A program made the translations under genes and the position numbers. From assembly GCA_964016885.1 (NCBI GenBank), contig OZ024742.1, positions 341,000,001-341,064,000 of the forward strand: DNA of 64,000 bases, in the 5' to 3' direction. The notes under the pieces are model-generated. The model was not told the origin of the DNA and searched no databases. It was given only the letters and a program-made list of their open reading frames with translations. Below are positions 39,153 to 54,126 of the stretch, piece after piece (positions within the stretch are counted from its first letter, which is position 1; the number at the start of each line of letters is the position of its first letter). This stretch comes from Eledone cirrhosa. Its lineage: Eukaryota.

Positions 39153-39800
39153 CTCGGAGGTTGCTTTTCGTTATTTCGTGGGCCGAAATGCGATTCTCGA
39201 TAATTTTTGTTTGTATTTATCTCCAGACTCTAGCTATTGACCAGTTAATTTTCTTGATTTTTTAGTTGATTCTATTGACTGATGAATAGCTTATGTTAAT
39301 TTTAACCCTTCTGTTGAGAAGTCTATTTGATTTGTGATGTTTTTGCATTCTTGCAATAACATACACAACTGAATTCATTCGCCTGATATAGGGTCTGCCT
39401 CCCTTGCCGATCCCCACGTGGGGTCAGTAATAGTCAGTCCTTGTATTAACATTGAACTAAAACCTGTTGAGAAAGTGGCTTCCTTGTTCAATCATCTTAC
39501 CAGAAGCCTAACATTATTTATGTAAGAGGACAGTGTTTGATTTAGGAGGCGCAGAACCCAAATACTGGAATTTACCAACCTTCCAGGGGTCCGGGTAAAT
39601 TTTCAATCACAGATATTTTTTATTTGTTTGACCTGAATTACTTGATCGTTTTTTTGGGCTATGCGAATGTTTGTTTAACAGTGTTTTTGGCCTTTAACGT
39701 TTGTTATAGCTCTGGTTCATCTGAATCATTGAGCACTTGCCACACATCTCGGAGGTTGTTTTTCGTTATTACGTGGGCCGAAATGCGATTCTCGATAATT
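39153..39800 (+). repeat. Diverged family L unit (595-bp period, circularly permuted relative to the 2285 array)
   Basis: CTCGGAGGTTG...CCGAAATGCGATTCTCGATAATTT at 39153 and 39748; colinear motifs shared with the 616-bp unit. Confidence 0.8.
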
Positions 39801-39812
39801 TATATTTATATT

Positions 39813-39917
<105 letters not shown>

Positions 39918-40092
39918 CAGCTGTTATATATGTATAAGACTTCTGTTATATATATAAAACTTCTGTTATATATATATAAAACTGCTGTTATATATATATA
40001 AGATTTCTGTTATATATATATATATATAAGACTTCTGTTATATATATAAAACTTCTGTTATATATATATAAGACTGCTGTTATATATATATA

Positions 40093-40283
40093 AGGCGGTG
40101 GATTGGCAGTATCGGTAGAGGGTCGGACGCCATTCTTTGACGCATAGAGTTACGGCCCTTGCCATTCTGAGTTCAAATCCCGCCGAGGTTAACTTTGCCT
40201 TTCATCCTTACGGGGTCGATAAAATAACGTACCAGTAATGTACTGGGTAATTACTGGCCTTGTGCCAAAAGTAGAAACAATTA
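40093..40283 (+). mobile_element. tRNA-derived SINE S1, full length
   Basis: GGCGGTGGATTGGCAGTATCGG...GTAGAAACAATT. Confidence 0.9.
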
Positions 40284-40712
40284 TAAATTGTAAAATAAAT
40301 AGGATGGGTTGGGAATCTCAGTATGTAACCTTAATGACAAATTCTGGTTTTAAAAAAATGAACGAAGACAACTTTGGAAAATAACTGAATTTCCACCCCC
40401 ACCCCCATCTCCGATTATTTCAATGACCTTGCTTTTCTACCCACACCCTGTTATTTGGGACCCATGAGTAGACCTTGGGAGTTGCTGATGGTATGTGTGA
40501 TTGTATTGTTGCTGTTTAACTTCACGTCAATCATGCAATTTATATTTTCTCAAATCATTTCAACAGCTGTCAGAAATCTGAATTTAGTTTATTCTAAATA
40601 AAGTTGGAAAAACTTGACAGGATCATAATATATTAAAGGAAGGAGTGCGGGAGTGTGTCTTGAATATATGTTTTATCCAGTTAGTAAAATAAGTTGGTTG
40701 ACTTTTAATAAA

Positions 40713-40900
40713 TAATTGTTTCTATTTTAGGCACAAGCCCTGCAATAACCCAGTGCATTACTGGTACTTTATTTTATCGACCCCGTAAGGATGAAAGGCA
40801 AAGTAAACCTCGACGGGATTTGAACTCAGACCGTAAAGGGACGTAACTATGCTGGAAAGCTTGGCGTCCGACCCTCTACCGATACTGCCAATCCACCACC
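40713..40900 (-). mobile_element. tRNA-derived SINE S1 with 16-bp TSD
   Basis: ACTTTTAATAAATAAT at 40701 and 40901. Confidence 0.9.
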
Positions 40901-41042
40901 ACTTTTAATAAATAATGAATGAACATTACATAATTTATGTACTAAATTTCGTGGCTGTTCATTAAACATAGATATTCTTATGTATAATGGTTGCTTAATT
41001 TACGATTCACTTCTTTTAACATTTTCAAATGTCAATACTTCC

Positions 41043-41242
41043 NNNNNNNNNNNNNNNNNNNNNNNNNNNNNNNNNNNNNNNNNNNNNNNNNNNNNNNNNN
41101 NNNNNNNNNNNNNNNNNNNNNNNNNNNNNNNNNNNNNNNNNNNNNNNNNNNNNNNNNNNNNNNNNNNNNNNNNNNNNNNNNNNNNNNNNNNNNNNNNNNN
41201 NNNNNNNNNNNNNNNNNNNNNNNNNNNNNNNNNNNNNNNNNN
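41043..41242. other. Assembly gap (200 N)
   Basis: Run of N. Confidence 1.
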
Positions 41243-42248
<1,006 letters not shown>

Positions 42249-43019
42249 TATCGTCTTTTTTTAATGTATCATGGATTACGTTACTTATTACCTAAGACAG
42301 TGAAACACATTCTCCCTTCAATTTCTGTGTATATTGTCAATTAAGATTTTATTTGATGCATCATATCTACATGCATATATATTTGCGTATAATATCAATA
42401 TACACATTACACATGCTATCAGAAAACCATCCGAAGGCAGAGGTTTCTGCTAGTCTATTATAACAACTAGCAGAAAAACGACCCTTCCGGTAGTTTTCTG
42501 CTAGCATGTGTAGTGTGTAGCTTGATATACGCAAGTATATATATGCATGTAGATATGATGCATCAAATAAAACCGTAATTGACAATATACACAGAAATTG
42601 AACGAAGACTGTGTTACACTTTCTTCTGTAATCAGTAACGTAATCCATGATACATTAAAAAAAGACGATATTATATATAAACTGCATTAGGAGAAAATTA
42701 GTGACGGAAATATATGTATGTTTATTTAAGCGATCGCTAACCGGAAGTGTTGACATTTGAAAATTTTAAAGAAGTGAATTTTTAAATAAACAATAAAATA
42801 TATTTAATAAACATCCACGAAATTTAGTAGATAAATTATGTAATATTCATTCATTATTTATTCAAAGTAATCCAACTTATTTTACTAATGGGGTAAAAAA
42901 TTATATTCTGGACGCAGTCCCGCACTCCTTACTTTATTATAGTTTAGATTCTACAAGTGGGAACTTAACCCTCTTTATACCGAACCACCAAAAACCGTCA
43001 CTGGCTCTATGTAAAAGTA

Positions 43020-44335
43020 ATTCCGGTTTATCGGTGGTCGGATTTTAGGTTAAATATTAGATTCTGGATTTCACGTGGTTGGATAAAAGACGAGAATATG
43101 AATTACATGCCGGATTAGTGTCAGCTTTATGATGAGTTTAGATATTCCGGATTAACGGTGATCGGATTTTAGGTTAGGTGTTTGATTCCGGATTCTAGGT
43201 GGTCGGATTACAGATAAGGTTAGATATTTTATTCCGGACCAACGAGCCGCCTAAAATTCGAAATCTATCATTCAACCAAAAATTGACCTATGTTAATCCG
43301 GAATAATTATTTAACATCCAAAATCCGACCGCCATTTACATGGTACCTAGATTTAACCCAATATTTTGGCAGTATCGATAGAGAGTCTGACGCCATGCTT
43401 TGCAGCAAAGAGTTACAGCCCTTTATGGTCTGAGTTCAAATCCCGCCGAGGTTAACTTTGCCTTTCATCCTTACGGGGTCAATAAAATAATGGACCAGTA
43501 ATACACTGGAATAATTGCTGGCCTTGTGCCAAAAGTAGAAACAAATATTTTATCCGACCACATAAAATAGAAAAATGTTTTGAACCTAAAATCGAAACAC
43601 CGTTGATCGGGAATATATCATCTAACCTGTTTCAAAATCAAATCACCGCTAATCCAGAATAAAATATCTAACCTCACCTGAAATATGAGCACCGTTAATC
43701 CGGCATTTAATTTTAATCCTCATATTTTATTCAACCACATGAAATCTAAAGACCACTATGCTAAATATTCATTCCGAATTAAATATTAGATTCCGGATTT
43801 CAGCTTGTCAAATAAAAGACCAGGATAAAAATCAGACGCTGGATTAGTGGTTGTCGGATGTTGTAGTAGGTTAGATTATTTATCCGGATTAGCGGTGGTC
43901 GGATTTTATGTTGAATATTAGTTTCCGAATTCCAGGTGGTCGGATAAAACACCAGAATAAAAATTAAATGCCGGATTAACGGAGGTCAGATTTTGGATTA
44001 GGTTAGATTACTTATTCTAGATTAGCGGTGGTAGCATTTTATGTTGAATATTTTAATCCGGTTTTAAATTGTACCTTTTTCTTTTCACCTGTAATCTGAA
44101 TCCCTATATTTCATCTAAAATCAAACTACCGCTTATGAAGTCTGACTATGTAAGGTTTGATTTCAGGTTGAATATTAGTTTGCGGGTCTAAGATTGACCC
44201 TAAAATGCGACCACCACTAATCCCGAATACACAATCTATACTCCTCCAATACGTCCAACGCTAATCTGCTGTATATTTTTTATACGGCAACTGTTAATCC
44301 GGAATCTAATATTCAACCTTAAATCCAACCACCGT
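43020..44335. repeat. Degenerate repeat of about 40 bp (TCCGGATT...GGTGGTCGGAT) in alternating orientation
   Basis: Forward about 43020-43230 and 43770-44180; reverse about 43230-43760 and 44200-44335. Confidence 0.7.
43365..43545 (+). mobile_element. tRNA-derived SINE S1
   Basis: S1 consensus. Confidence 0.9.
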
Positions 44336-44339
44336 TTAA

Positions 44340-44698
44340 TAATTGTTTCTACTTTTGGCACAAGGCCAGCAATTCTCCCAGTGTATTACTGGTACTTTAA
44401 TTTATCGACTCCGTAAGGATGAAAGGCAAAGTTAACCTCGGCGGGACTTGAACTAAGACCATAAAGGGCCGTAACTCTTTGCTCCAAACCATGCCGTCCG
44501 ACCCTCTACAGCGTTTAATAATTGTTTCTGCATTTGGCACAAGGCCAGCAATTCTTCCAGTGTATTACTGGTACTTTATTTTATTGACGCCGTAAGGATG
44601 AAAGGCAGAGTTAACCTCGACTGGATTTGAATTCAGACGGTAAAGGGACGTAACTATGCTGCAAAGCATGGCGTCCGACCCTCTACCGATACTGCCAT
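44340..44698 (-). mobile_element. Two tandem SINE S1 copies (44340-44510, 44520-44698)
   Basis: Two S1 reverse complements; CGTTTAATAATT is duplicated around the first. Confidence 0.9.
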
Positions 44699-44909
44699 TC
44701 AACAAAGAGAAATTATTTCACTAAATCCATCCAATTTAATTTTAAATCTTTATTATTTATCAAAACTGTTCATAATAATTGAAACATTATAGGCTGTCTT
44801 CCATTAATTATGTTAACGAAAAGGTAAGTTAAACGTTATCTCTCCCTTTCTCTCTATCTCTCTTTCTTTATGTCTCTCTCTCTCTCACTCACTCTCTCTC
44901 TCTCTCTCC

Positions 44910-44963
<54 letters not shown>

Positions 44964-44986
44964 GACACACACACTCTCTCTCTCTA

Positions 44987-45078
<92 letters not shown>

Positions 45079-45082
45079 CAAA

Positions 45083-45203
45083 TAGGGTGTGGTAAGATAC
45101 CAGGCGAACCATAACGCACCAGAGTACTCAATACTTAGAGTAGCAGAGTCGGTAATAGGAAAAGAGCCAGGACACCGAGGGCTGAGCTTTGGCCGTTTCG
45201 ACA
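45083..45203 (-). repeat. Family F terminal fragment
   Basis: GTGGTAAGATACCAGGCGAACCATAACGCACCAGAGTACTCAATACTTAG...GCCGTTTCGAC. Confidence 0.75.
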
Positions 45204-45215
45204 GATAGATCCGAA

Positions 45216-45265
<50 letters not shown>

Positions 45266-45377
45266 TGTATACGGCGGATCTTCTTTTAAGTGTCTTCACC
45301 CGATTTTCAAAGGTATCTTTAAAGTATCTCGGTGCTCGGGCACTTTCTTTATGCTTGCATACATATATACATACATT

Positions 45378-45420
<43 letters not shown>

Positions 45421-45437
45421 GTGTGTGTGTATGTGTG

Positions 45438-45533
<96 letters not shown>

Positions 45534-45604
45534 CGTGTGTGTGTGTTCTTAGCGCTTAAAAGCCAAAAATTCGGCTTCATACATTGTTTATATATATATA
45601 TATA

Positions 45605-46416
45605 CTAGCAGCAGTATCCAGCGTTGCCTAGGTAGGTAAAATAATATATGCTTTGATGAAAAGGTGTTGATGTTAGCGACTGCTTCTCGATGATTCATCT
45701 ATGGCCACACACAGGCCATGCCGGGGAGGTTAGTTATGACATCTATCACTGAGAAACGCAGGTGACTGACGAAGGGGCATGCTGGGGGACAGAGTTTCGA
45801 ATTTGAACGAAATCGGTTGAAAAATGTGGGAGCTAGAGCCGAAAAGGCGGAAATTTGAGCGAAAAGGTGGTATTTTCGAATATTTAAGCGGCTGCCACGC
45901 CGTTCCTGAACAAAAAATCCAAAATGTAAAGCCACTTTAAGACGTGAAATAATCAGATCTAGCGTAGTGTAAAATTTGAACAAAGTAGGTTGATTAATGT
46001 GGGAGCTAGAGCCGGAAATTTGAGTCTAAAAGTAGTATTTTTGAATATTTAAACGGCTGCCACGCTGTCCCTGAACAACAAATCCAAAATATAAAGCCAT
46101 TACAGGATGTGCAATGATAACTTCTATTTTGCTTTAATGTTTGAACGAAATCAGTGGCAAAATGTGGGAGCTAGAGCCAAAAATCTTACTTTTCGATACC
46201 TAAAAAAGGTGACCCCCCGTCCCTATCGATTTTTATCTGCAGAATGACCCCAGAATAAAAAAAACCATACGCTGATATATAAGAAACACTCCCCGGTGAC
46301 TAATCTATGAGCCTGTAAAGTTTCATGAAAATCGGTCGTAAGATGTAGGCCTCTATAGGTAATACACAGACACACAGACACACAGACACACAGACACACA
46401 CACAGACACACACACA

Positions 46417-46489
<73 letters not shown>

Positions 46490-46515
46490 ACACACACACA
46501 TAATTAATTTTATAT
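45605..46515 (-). mobile_element. Non-autonomous Helitron (Lep1-like architecture)
   Basis: A|CTAG plus degenerate hairpin CCAGCGTTGCCTAGG; internal AATGTGGGAGCTAGAGCC three times; AAGTTTCATGAAAATCGG plus (CA/CAGA)n near the other end. Confidence 0.7.
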
Positions 46516-46516
46516 G

Positions 46517-46634
<118 letters not shown>

Positions 46635-46874
46635 CAACCGTTTTACGTGTGTTGTATTGAAGCGAATAACTATGTGTATACTCTGGGAATGTGTCCTACA
46701 TTACATATTGAGTACGCTGAGATACAACCGGTCCTGGCATTGATAAATATGCTCGGTCAACTCCTTATTGTTATATATATATATTAATAAGGAGTTGACG
46801 GACCCACCATATTTATCAATGCCAGGCCCGGTTGTATCTCGGCGTAAAAATATGCTGGGTTCGTCAACTCCTTA

Positions 46875-46919
<45 letters not shown>

Positions 46920-46924
46920 ATGCC

Positions 46925-48867
46925 AGGACAGGTTAGATATAAAAATATCCCATGGTACAACGCTCCTTTCTCACTTTCAGTTATTAATAATATCCCTAAA
47001 TTATTTTTTAGGGCTTTAGATAACAGCTTCCCCCCTTCACATATATATAGCAAGATTTTCAATAAGCATACTATTAAATTCTCAATTCCACCACTTCCAA
47101 CGTTTCTAAATTATTTCAAGACATAATTCTAAAATATTAAATAATAACTCATATGCATCCAACCATGAGAGTTATAATAATAACACTAAAAGGCCCGACG
47201 TCAACGTAAACTCTAGGCAAAATAACACTAGTATAAATACGACGTCAAATGTAACTTTGAGGAATGCTTCAAATAGTAATGTAAATCTGGAAACTTTAGC
47301 ACCTCCTTTAGCTAATTCCACCACCCCAGTTCCTAATATAATTAATCCTGGGCCACTTGCAAATAACTGTTAATAGTCTTAATCATAAATGCAATTGCCC
47401 TGTTAGAACTAATTGTCCTCTTAGTAATTTGTCTCGATAAAAACCTAATATACGAATGTAAAGTGGTAACTAGTACCAATACCTATACCTACATTGGCTC
47501 TACTTCTACATCTTTTACAGCAAGACTCTATAATCATTCTTTTACATTTAAATATTCACTTAAAAGGACCAGCACCGCACTCTCAGAACTTATTTGGTCG
47601 TTAAAAGACAAAAACATTAATTACGAAATTTCTTGACGCAAAATCTGCAACGCTTCTCCATACTTCAACGCTTCCATATCTAGTGTTTGTAATTTATGTC
47701 TATCTGAAAAATTTACCATTATATCGAATTTCAACTCTATAATAAATAGACGTAAAGATTTATTTGCTCTTTGTAATCATAAATCCTTCAATACCTTCCA
47801 CAAAGTATATAGCTAATGTCCTATAACATATTCCATGAATAACGGTTAATTTTTTACACATATATATTTTTTTACACATATTTTCTTCACACATTTTTTT
47901 CACACATATTTCATTATATTCTACAATGTATTGATTCATTTTTTCCCAGCATAGTTTAAGCGCTTCACCTTTTTCTCTATAGCCTTAAATTTTCGTTCAA
48001 ACCTTCGTAGATTTTGTAAACAAACTATGACGTCATATATTTTACTACCTTTATAAATCATTCTAGCAATTTCCTTTATTTTACTTCTTGATATAAAATA
48101 ATAATTAAATAGTATACCCCACATATATAGATTTTTAATAGAAATTTTTAATTTTGACATAGATAGACTATTCTTATTTTTTTTTTTTTATTCTATCTTA
48201 TTTTATTTTATTTTAAAAAACTTTTTTTTTAAACATTTTTTATAATTATTTTAATTTAATTTAATTTAATTTTATTATTTACTATTTTATTAATACATTT
48301 TTACACTTCTTAATGCAAGTTTCAGTATTTTAACCCAATATAAAATAATATACCCAGTTTCTATATTTTAGACCTCTAATATTTGAATACCATCTATAAT
48401 AGTCGCACATACACCTCATCAATTTATTTTTTAGCCGTTATTTATAGCTGTTTTCATTTTGACAGCGTTCCGGATCAAAAGTCTCTCTCTTTCTCTTTCT
48501 CTTCCTTCTTTCTTTTTTCCTTTCTTCCTCTCTTCTATTTCTTTTTCCTTTTTCCTTCATCCTTCCTTTTCTTCATTTTTCCTACTTTTCTCTTACTCGT
48601 ATATTTTTGTCATATGTAGACTGCACACTTTCTTGTTGACAAGTGTTTTTAGGCCTCATATCATATTACCTTATTTTATCTGATGAGAACACAATTTTTG
48701 TCCCAGGATGATGTTGTTTTCGAAATGCGCATAATAAAATATATTGAACTTTTTTAACCATCTTTTAATTTCTTCTTTAATATATACTCCAGTTCTACCA
48801 ACTGTTGAGTGCTACTTATCTGATATATGCATAGTTTTATTGTTCTACAATATTACTCACCTTCTAC

Positions 48868-48870
<3 letters not shown>
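46925..48870 (+). mobile_element. Penelope-like element B (relative of PLE A), degenerate 3' half
   Basis: WYNAPF...FFRALD..FPPSHIYSKIFNKHTI; frameshifted CNCPVRTNCPL, YIGST and CNLC; 3' region with HHR. Confidence 0.85.
48672..48741 (+). ncRNA. Type I hammerhead, family A variant
   Basis: UAUUUUAU-CUGAUGA-GAAC...UUUC-GAAA-UGCGCA-UA-AUAAAAUA; core and stems I and III are identical to 11220 while stem II has diverged. Confidence 0.85.
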
Positions 48871-48932
<62 letters not shown>

Positions 48933-48990
48933 CTATATGTGTGTGTCTGTGTGTGTGGTGTGGGTGTATGTGGGTGTGTGTGGGGGGTGG

Positions 48991-49064
<74 letters not shown>

Positions 49065-49392
49065 GTGCGTGTGTGCGTGTGTGTCTGTGTGTGTTTCTAA
49101 CTCTCTTTGAATGTGATTTACGAGCAAGCAGTTTCGCTACAGATCATCATTAAAATCTAAGCAAGTTTGACATAAGCCATCCACCATTGTCAATGTACTG
49201 TTTTGAAGAGGATGTATATTATTGATTGAGTTTCTTATTTAATATAGATAGCGAGATCGTTGTTGTTGTTGATGTTGCTGTCATCGTTCTCGTTGTCATC
49301 GTCATCATCGTCGTTGTAATCATCATCACCCTCATCATCATTAGTAATGCAATGACGGTTACCATTATCATCATTATCATCATTATCATCAC

Positions 49393-49580
49393 CGTGGATT
49401 GGCAATATTGGAAGACGGTCGGTCGCAATCATTTGCAGTATAGAGTTACGGCCCTTTACGTTCTGATTTCAAATCCTGAAGAAGTTAACTTTGCCTTTCA
49501 TCCTTACAGGGTCGATAAAATAAAGTACCAGTAATATACTGGAATAATTGCTGCCTTGTGCCAAAAGTAGAAACAATTAT
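49393..49580 (+). mobile_element. tRNA-derived SINE S1, older copy
   Basis: Diverged S1 consensus. Confidence 0.85.
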
Positions 49581-49734
49581 AATCACCGTCATTACCAATA
49601 CCACTACCACCACCACCACCACGATACCGCCATCATCCCCACCACTACCACCACCATACCGCCATCATCCCCAAAACCACCACCACCATACCACCATCAT
49701 CATCACCACCACCACCACCAACACTATCACCACA

Positions 49735-50670
49735 AATGAATTTAATCTAAATCAAAATTATGGGTGTCATACCAGAAAGACATGCGCCATATCACCCGCA
49801 AAATAAGCTCTAAGATTCTAACGAGTAGGTCCGAGCATTTTATAATAACTAGAGATTGATTAACATATAAATAAACATGAATAATCACAGGAGATAATTT
49901 TTACAAGTGTGTAACCACACATAGCTAGGTAGGTAACTAAATAAAGTTGACCAGAACTTCAAAAATAGATACCTTATAATATGATTAATCTTCCCTGTAT
50001 ATATTCCATTAAAGAAATATATTTCACCAATTAATCAGATGGTAAACCACAGAAGTTGATTTGATTTGGATTAAATTCATTTGATTTATCTTAATTTTGG
50101 ATATAGATATATAAATACGGCTCCTTAATTGTAGAGCTAACTCTGTTGAAAGGACTTGACTGCTGTTTCTAGTTGTCGATAACCCTATTCACGCCACTGG
50201 GACGAAGCTAGTATGATGTGTGTATTTCAAGTAAATACAACACGTGCTGACCAGTCGCTGATTTGAACTTGATGTGTAAACACGGATTGCTGAAACATCT
50301 TCCTTGTTGAAAATCCAAGTCTCCACTTCCGTGGTTTACCATCCGATTAATTGGTGAAATATATTTTTTTAATGGAATATATACAGGGAAGATTAATCAT
50401 ATTATAAGGTATCTATTTTTGAAGTTCTGGTCAACTTTATTTAGTTGCCTAGCTAGCTATGTGTGGTTACACACTTGTAAAAATTATCTCCTGTGATTAT
50501 TCATGTTTATTTATATGTTAATCAATCTCTAGTTATTACAAAATGGTCGGACCTACTCTTTGGAAACTTAGAGCTTATTTTGCGGGTGATATGGCGCATG
50601 TCTTTCTGGCATGACACCCATAATTTTGATTTAGATTAAATTCATTTGATTTATCTTAATTTTGGATATA
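49735..50670. repeat. Inverted repeat with arms of about 320 bp and a spacer of about 270 bp
   Basis: 49735-50057 is the reverse complement of 50325-50646; about 50066-50108 is directly repeated at about 50626-50670. Confidence 0.85.
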
Positions 50671-50734
50671 TATATATATATATATGAGAGACGTAAAAAA
50701 AGAAAATTATAAAATTAACTTATCTTATTTTACG

Positions 50735-50776
<42 letters not shown>

Positions 50777-51314
50777 GCCAGATTGATTAATTGGGGGAAT
50801 CGTTATCGGTTATTTTGCCGATTAATCAGTATCGGCTTTCATGCGGATTAATCGGCCAATATTGTTATTGTTTTGTTTTTTCACTAATATGCAAGTCTGC
50901 TGGAGTAAGTAGATTTTGGCTGACAGAGAAGTTCGGAGGATACATTAGATTAAAATTATAGAAATACATAAGAAATTTTTTTTTTTCATAGGACAAAAAC
51001 TCTAATCTCACAACTGCAATATATATATATTTTTTCGATCTTACAAACATCTTACACATCTCTTCACATATAAAGATTTATATAATTTTGTATATACTCT
51101 GTTCCTAATCCATGAATTGAAAATTATTTGTGACTGCTCAGTGCGTTGGTTGTGGGGAGTAACGTCCTTGAGATTGAAGAGTGTTAAGGTAGATGAAACA
51201 CCCTCCTACCCGCCCCATGAGATTACGTAATCACATTGTCATTTCAAAAGAGATTAATTTTAAAGATTCCAATTATATTTTCATTTAAAGGCTTTCAAAA
51301 CATATAGTAGTAAT

Positions 51315-51498
51315 AATTGGTTCTACTTTTGGCACAAGGCCAGCAAATACCCAATGCATTACTGGTACTTTATTTTATCGACCTCGTAAGGATGAAAGGC
51401 AAAGTTAACCACGGCGGGATTTGAACTCAGAATGGCAAGGGCCGTAACTCTATGTATCAAAGCATGGCGTCCGACCCTCTACCGATACTGCCAATCCA
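51315..51498 (-). mobile_element. tRNA-derived SINE S1
   Basis: Reverse complement of the S1 consensus. Confidence 0.9.
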
Positions 51499-51691
51499 AT
51501 AATTCCTATTATCTTAACTTAAACAAACTATAAACTAATATATTGGCGGTGTCACAGCATGGCGTTAGCTTGTCGGCTGGATCCCGTAATAGAGAAATAG
51601 ACTAACCAGCTTGAAGCTAACAACGAATAAGTTTATAGAGATGATACATTTTTTAAGGTTTCCTCTTCAAAAACATTTGCTTCGTTTTGCC

Positions 51692-51790
<99 letters not shown>

Positions 51791-52196
51791 TTAGAACGTT
51801 ATTTGTCAGATATCTTAATGGAAAGATATGTATCAGCTCTGAGAAGCATTTAAACATATTTAATGGAGGAGTATAATTTAGACAAACTTAAATAAGCCAG
51901 TTTCATTCATATAATGTCTCTAGATATAATGACGCTAGAAATAGTACCCCCAAACCACGGCCAAATCTACTCACCAACCGTAGCAAAATATCAACCAAAC
52001 AGTTATTTAACTCTAATATAGGGTTAATGAAAAGATACGTTATCAGCTCAGGGAAACATTTAAACATATTTAACTTATGTGAAAATCTAGAATGAGGGTG
52101 GGGATATAATTTAGAGAAACTAAAATAAGTCAGTTTCACTCATGTCATGTATCCAACTGCGATCTATGGCGTGATTAAAAGCCTGTCATATTGTCT

Positions 52197-52253
<57 letters not shown>

Positions 52254-52471
52254 TATGTATGTATGTATACGTACATACATATATGTATACAGACGTACAG
52301 TAGTATGTATATATATACATACATGCACACATATATATATGCACGTATCGGTTTACCGAACATTTATTATAATGCTCGGTTTGTTTGTTTGTAAACAAAC
52401 AAACAGCCCGAATTACGCCGTACAGTGTTTAGGCAACCACGTCACCTTTTTGTTCAACACTGACACAGGAA

Positions 52472-52512
52472 CGGTGTATTAGTTTCAAGCTTATTAGCTA
52501 TCGTCAGCATCG
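52472..52512 (-). ncRNA. Hammerhead, family G, slightly degenerate
   Basis: CGAUG-CUGACGA-...-GAAA-CUAA-UA-CACCG. Confidence 0.65.
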
Positions 52513-52793
52513 TATACCTTCCTGCCAGATGGTTGAACGTCTGAAAGTATATACTTTCCTTATGCATATTAACGGCTGAGCAGCCTAATTTGCATATCGA
52601 GTGAGTTCAGTCGGCCGGGCACACTGTACTAAGAGTGAGTATTTGAAATTTCGTTTCATTCTATTCCATTTATCGTTTTCGGTGCGCCCGGCCGACTTAA
52701 CTCACTCGATATGCAAATTAGGCTGCTCAGCCGTTAATATGCATAAGGAAAGTATATACTTTCAGACGTTCAACCATCTGGCAGGAAGATATA

Positions 52794-52834
52794 CGATGCT
52801 GACGATAGCTAATAAGCTTGAAACTAGTACATCG
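52794..52834 (+). ncRNA. Minimal type I hammerhead, family G
   Basis: CGAUG-CUGACGA-uAGCU aaua AGCUu-GAAA-CUAG-UA-CAUCG. Confidence 0.88.
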
Positions 52835-53103
52835 ATCCTGTGTCAGTGTTGAACAAAAAGGTGACGTGGTTGCCTAAACACTGTACGGCGTAATTCGGGC
52901 TGTTTTTTTGTTTACAAACAAACAAATCGAGCATTATAATAAATGTTCGGTAAACTGATACGTGCATATATATATGTGTGCATGTATGTATATATATATG
53001 CATACTACTGTCCGTCTGTATACATATATGTATGTACGTATACATACATTTAAGTAAGTGCCGTACTAAGAGTGAGAAATGAAATTTCGTTTAATTCTAT
53101 TCC

Positions 53104-53143
<40 letters not shown>

Positions 53144-53195
53144 TAATAAAAACAATGAAATAAAAACAAAGAACAAGTTCCTTATATTAAAAAAT

Positions 53196-53331
53196 TCATC
53201 CTTTTACGATCGTTTCTAAGATGTATATGTTTGTTGGTATGTATATCATATAGATCTATGTAAAAATATTACAAACTATCAGACGAAATATACATACCTT
53301 CACATATACATGCTGTCTTCAGAAATGATGA
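53196..53331 (-). ncRNA. Type I hammerhead with stem II region of about 100 nt, family D
   Basis: UCAUCAUUU-CUGAAGA-...AUGUAUAUG...CAUAUACAU...-GAAA-CGAUCG-UA-AAAGGAUGA. Confidence 0.75.
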
Positions 53332-54126
53332 GATTTGTTTATTGAAAAAAAAAACAACAAAGATTTAATATAAAAGGTCTGTTTGGGAACAGGTTTTGAA
53401 TTGACCGATAGAAAAGTAGTTAGAGGTCAAGTTGATAGAATAGTAGTAGTAGAAATTTTATTTGAGGGGTAGAGGAGTGCAGACTTAAGTTTTGAATGAC
53501 AATAATACTTTGAATGAAAAGAATACTTTGAATGAAAAGAATACTTTAGGGATGAAAAGAGATCAAGCCAGTGAAAGGTACACAAAAATTTGATGTTATT
53601 AAAGAATAATGTTAAAAACGAAGGAAAATAAAATTAAAATAAAAGGGTAAGGGTATTAGTGAGAAATACCAATCTTATTTAAACCACAAGGAATCTAGAT
53701 CTATAACAAGAAATTAAATTAATTGATAGGTATACTTATAGGGATAAATTTATATTAATTCATATGAATGTGATAAATAAGAATTTGATGTTATTAAAGA
53801 GTGTTGTTAAAAACAAAGGAGTGTAACATTTTGGGATAAGGGTAGAGTGAGAAATGCCAATCTTATATAAACTACAAGGAATCTAGATTCATAACAGGAA
53901 ATTAAATTAATTTAGAGGTATAGTTTTAGGTATTAATTTTAGGAAAAGAGAGCTGTAAGAGGGAAATAAAATTATGAAGTTCTCTGTAGTAAAGTACTAA
54001 TTATAGGTTAACTAAATTCAAAATACTAATGATAATAATATGTAAAATATAAGTGTAAGGTGTATATTAATTAGGTTTATAATATTTGAAGGTTCTTCTA
54101 ATTCTATGATTGCAAGATATAATTAA

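Larger units (their letters stand above)
52255..53108. mobile_element. Family G inverted dimer (palindrome of about 790 bp) with two hammerheads
   Basis: About 52260-52622 mirrors about 52684-53048; GTACTAAGAGTGAG at 52626 and 53063 (437-bp period). Confidence 0.88.

Noticed and set aside
50003-50043. Minus-strand CUGAUUA...GAAA resembling an HHR core
   Set aside because: G8 is missing, stem II is too short and there is no stem III
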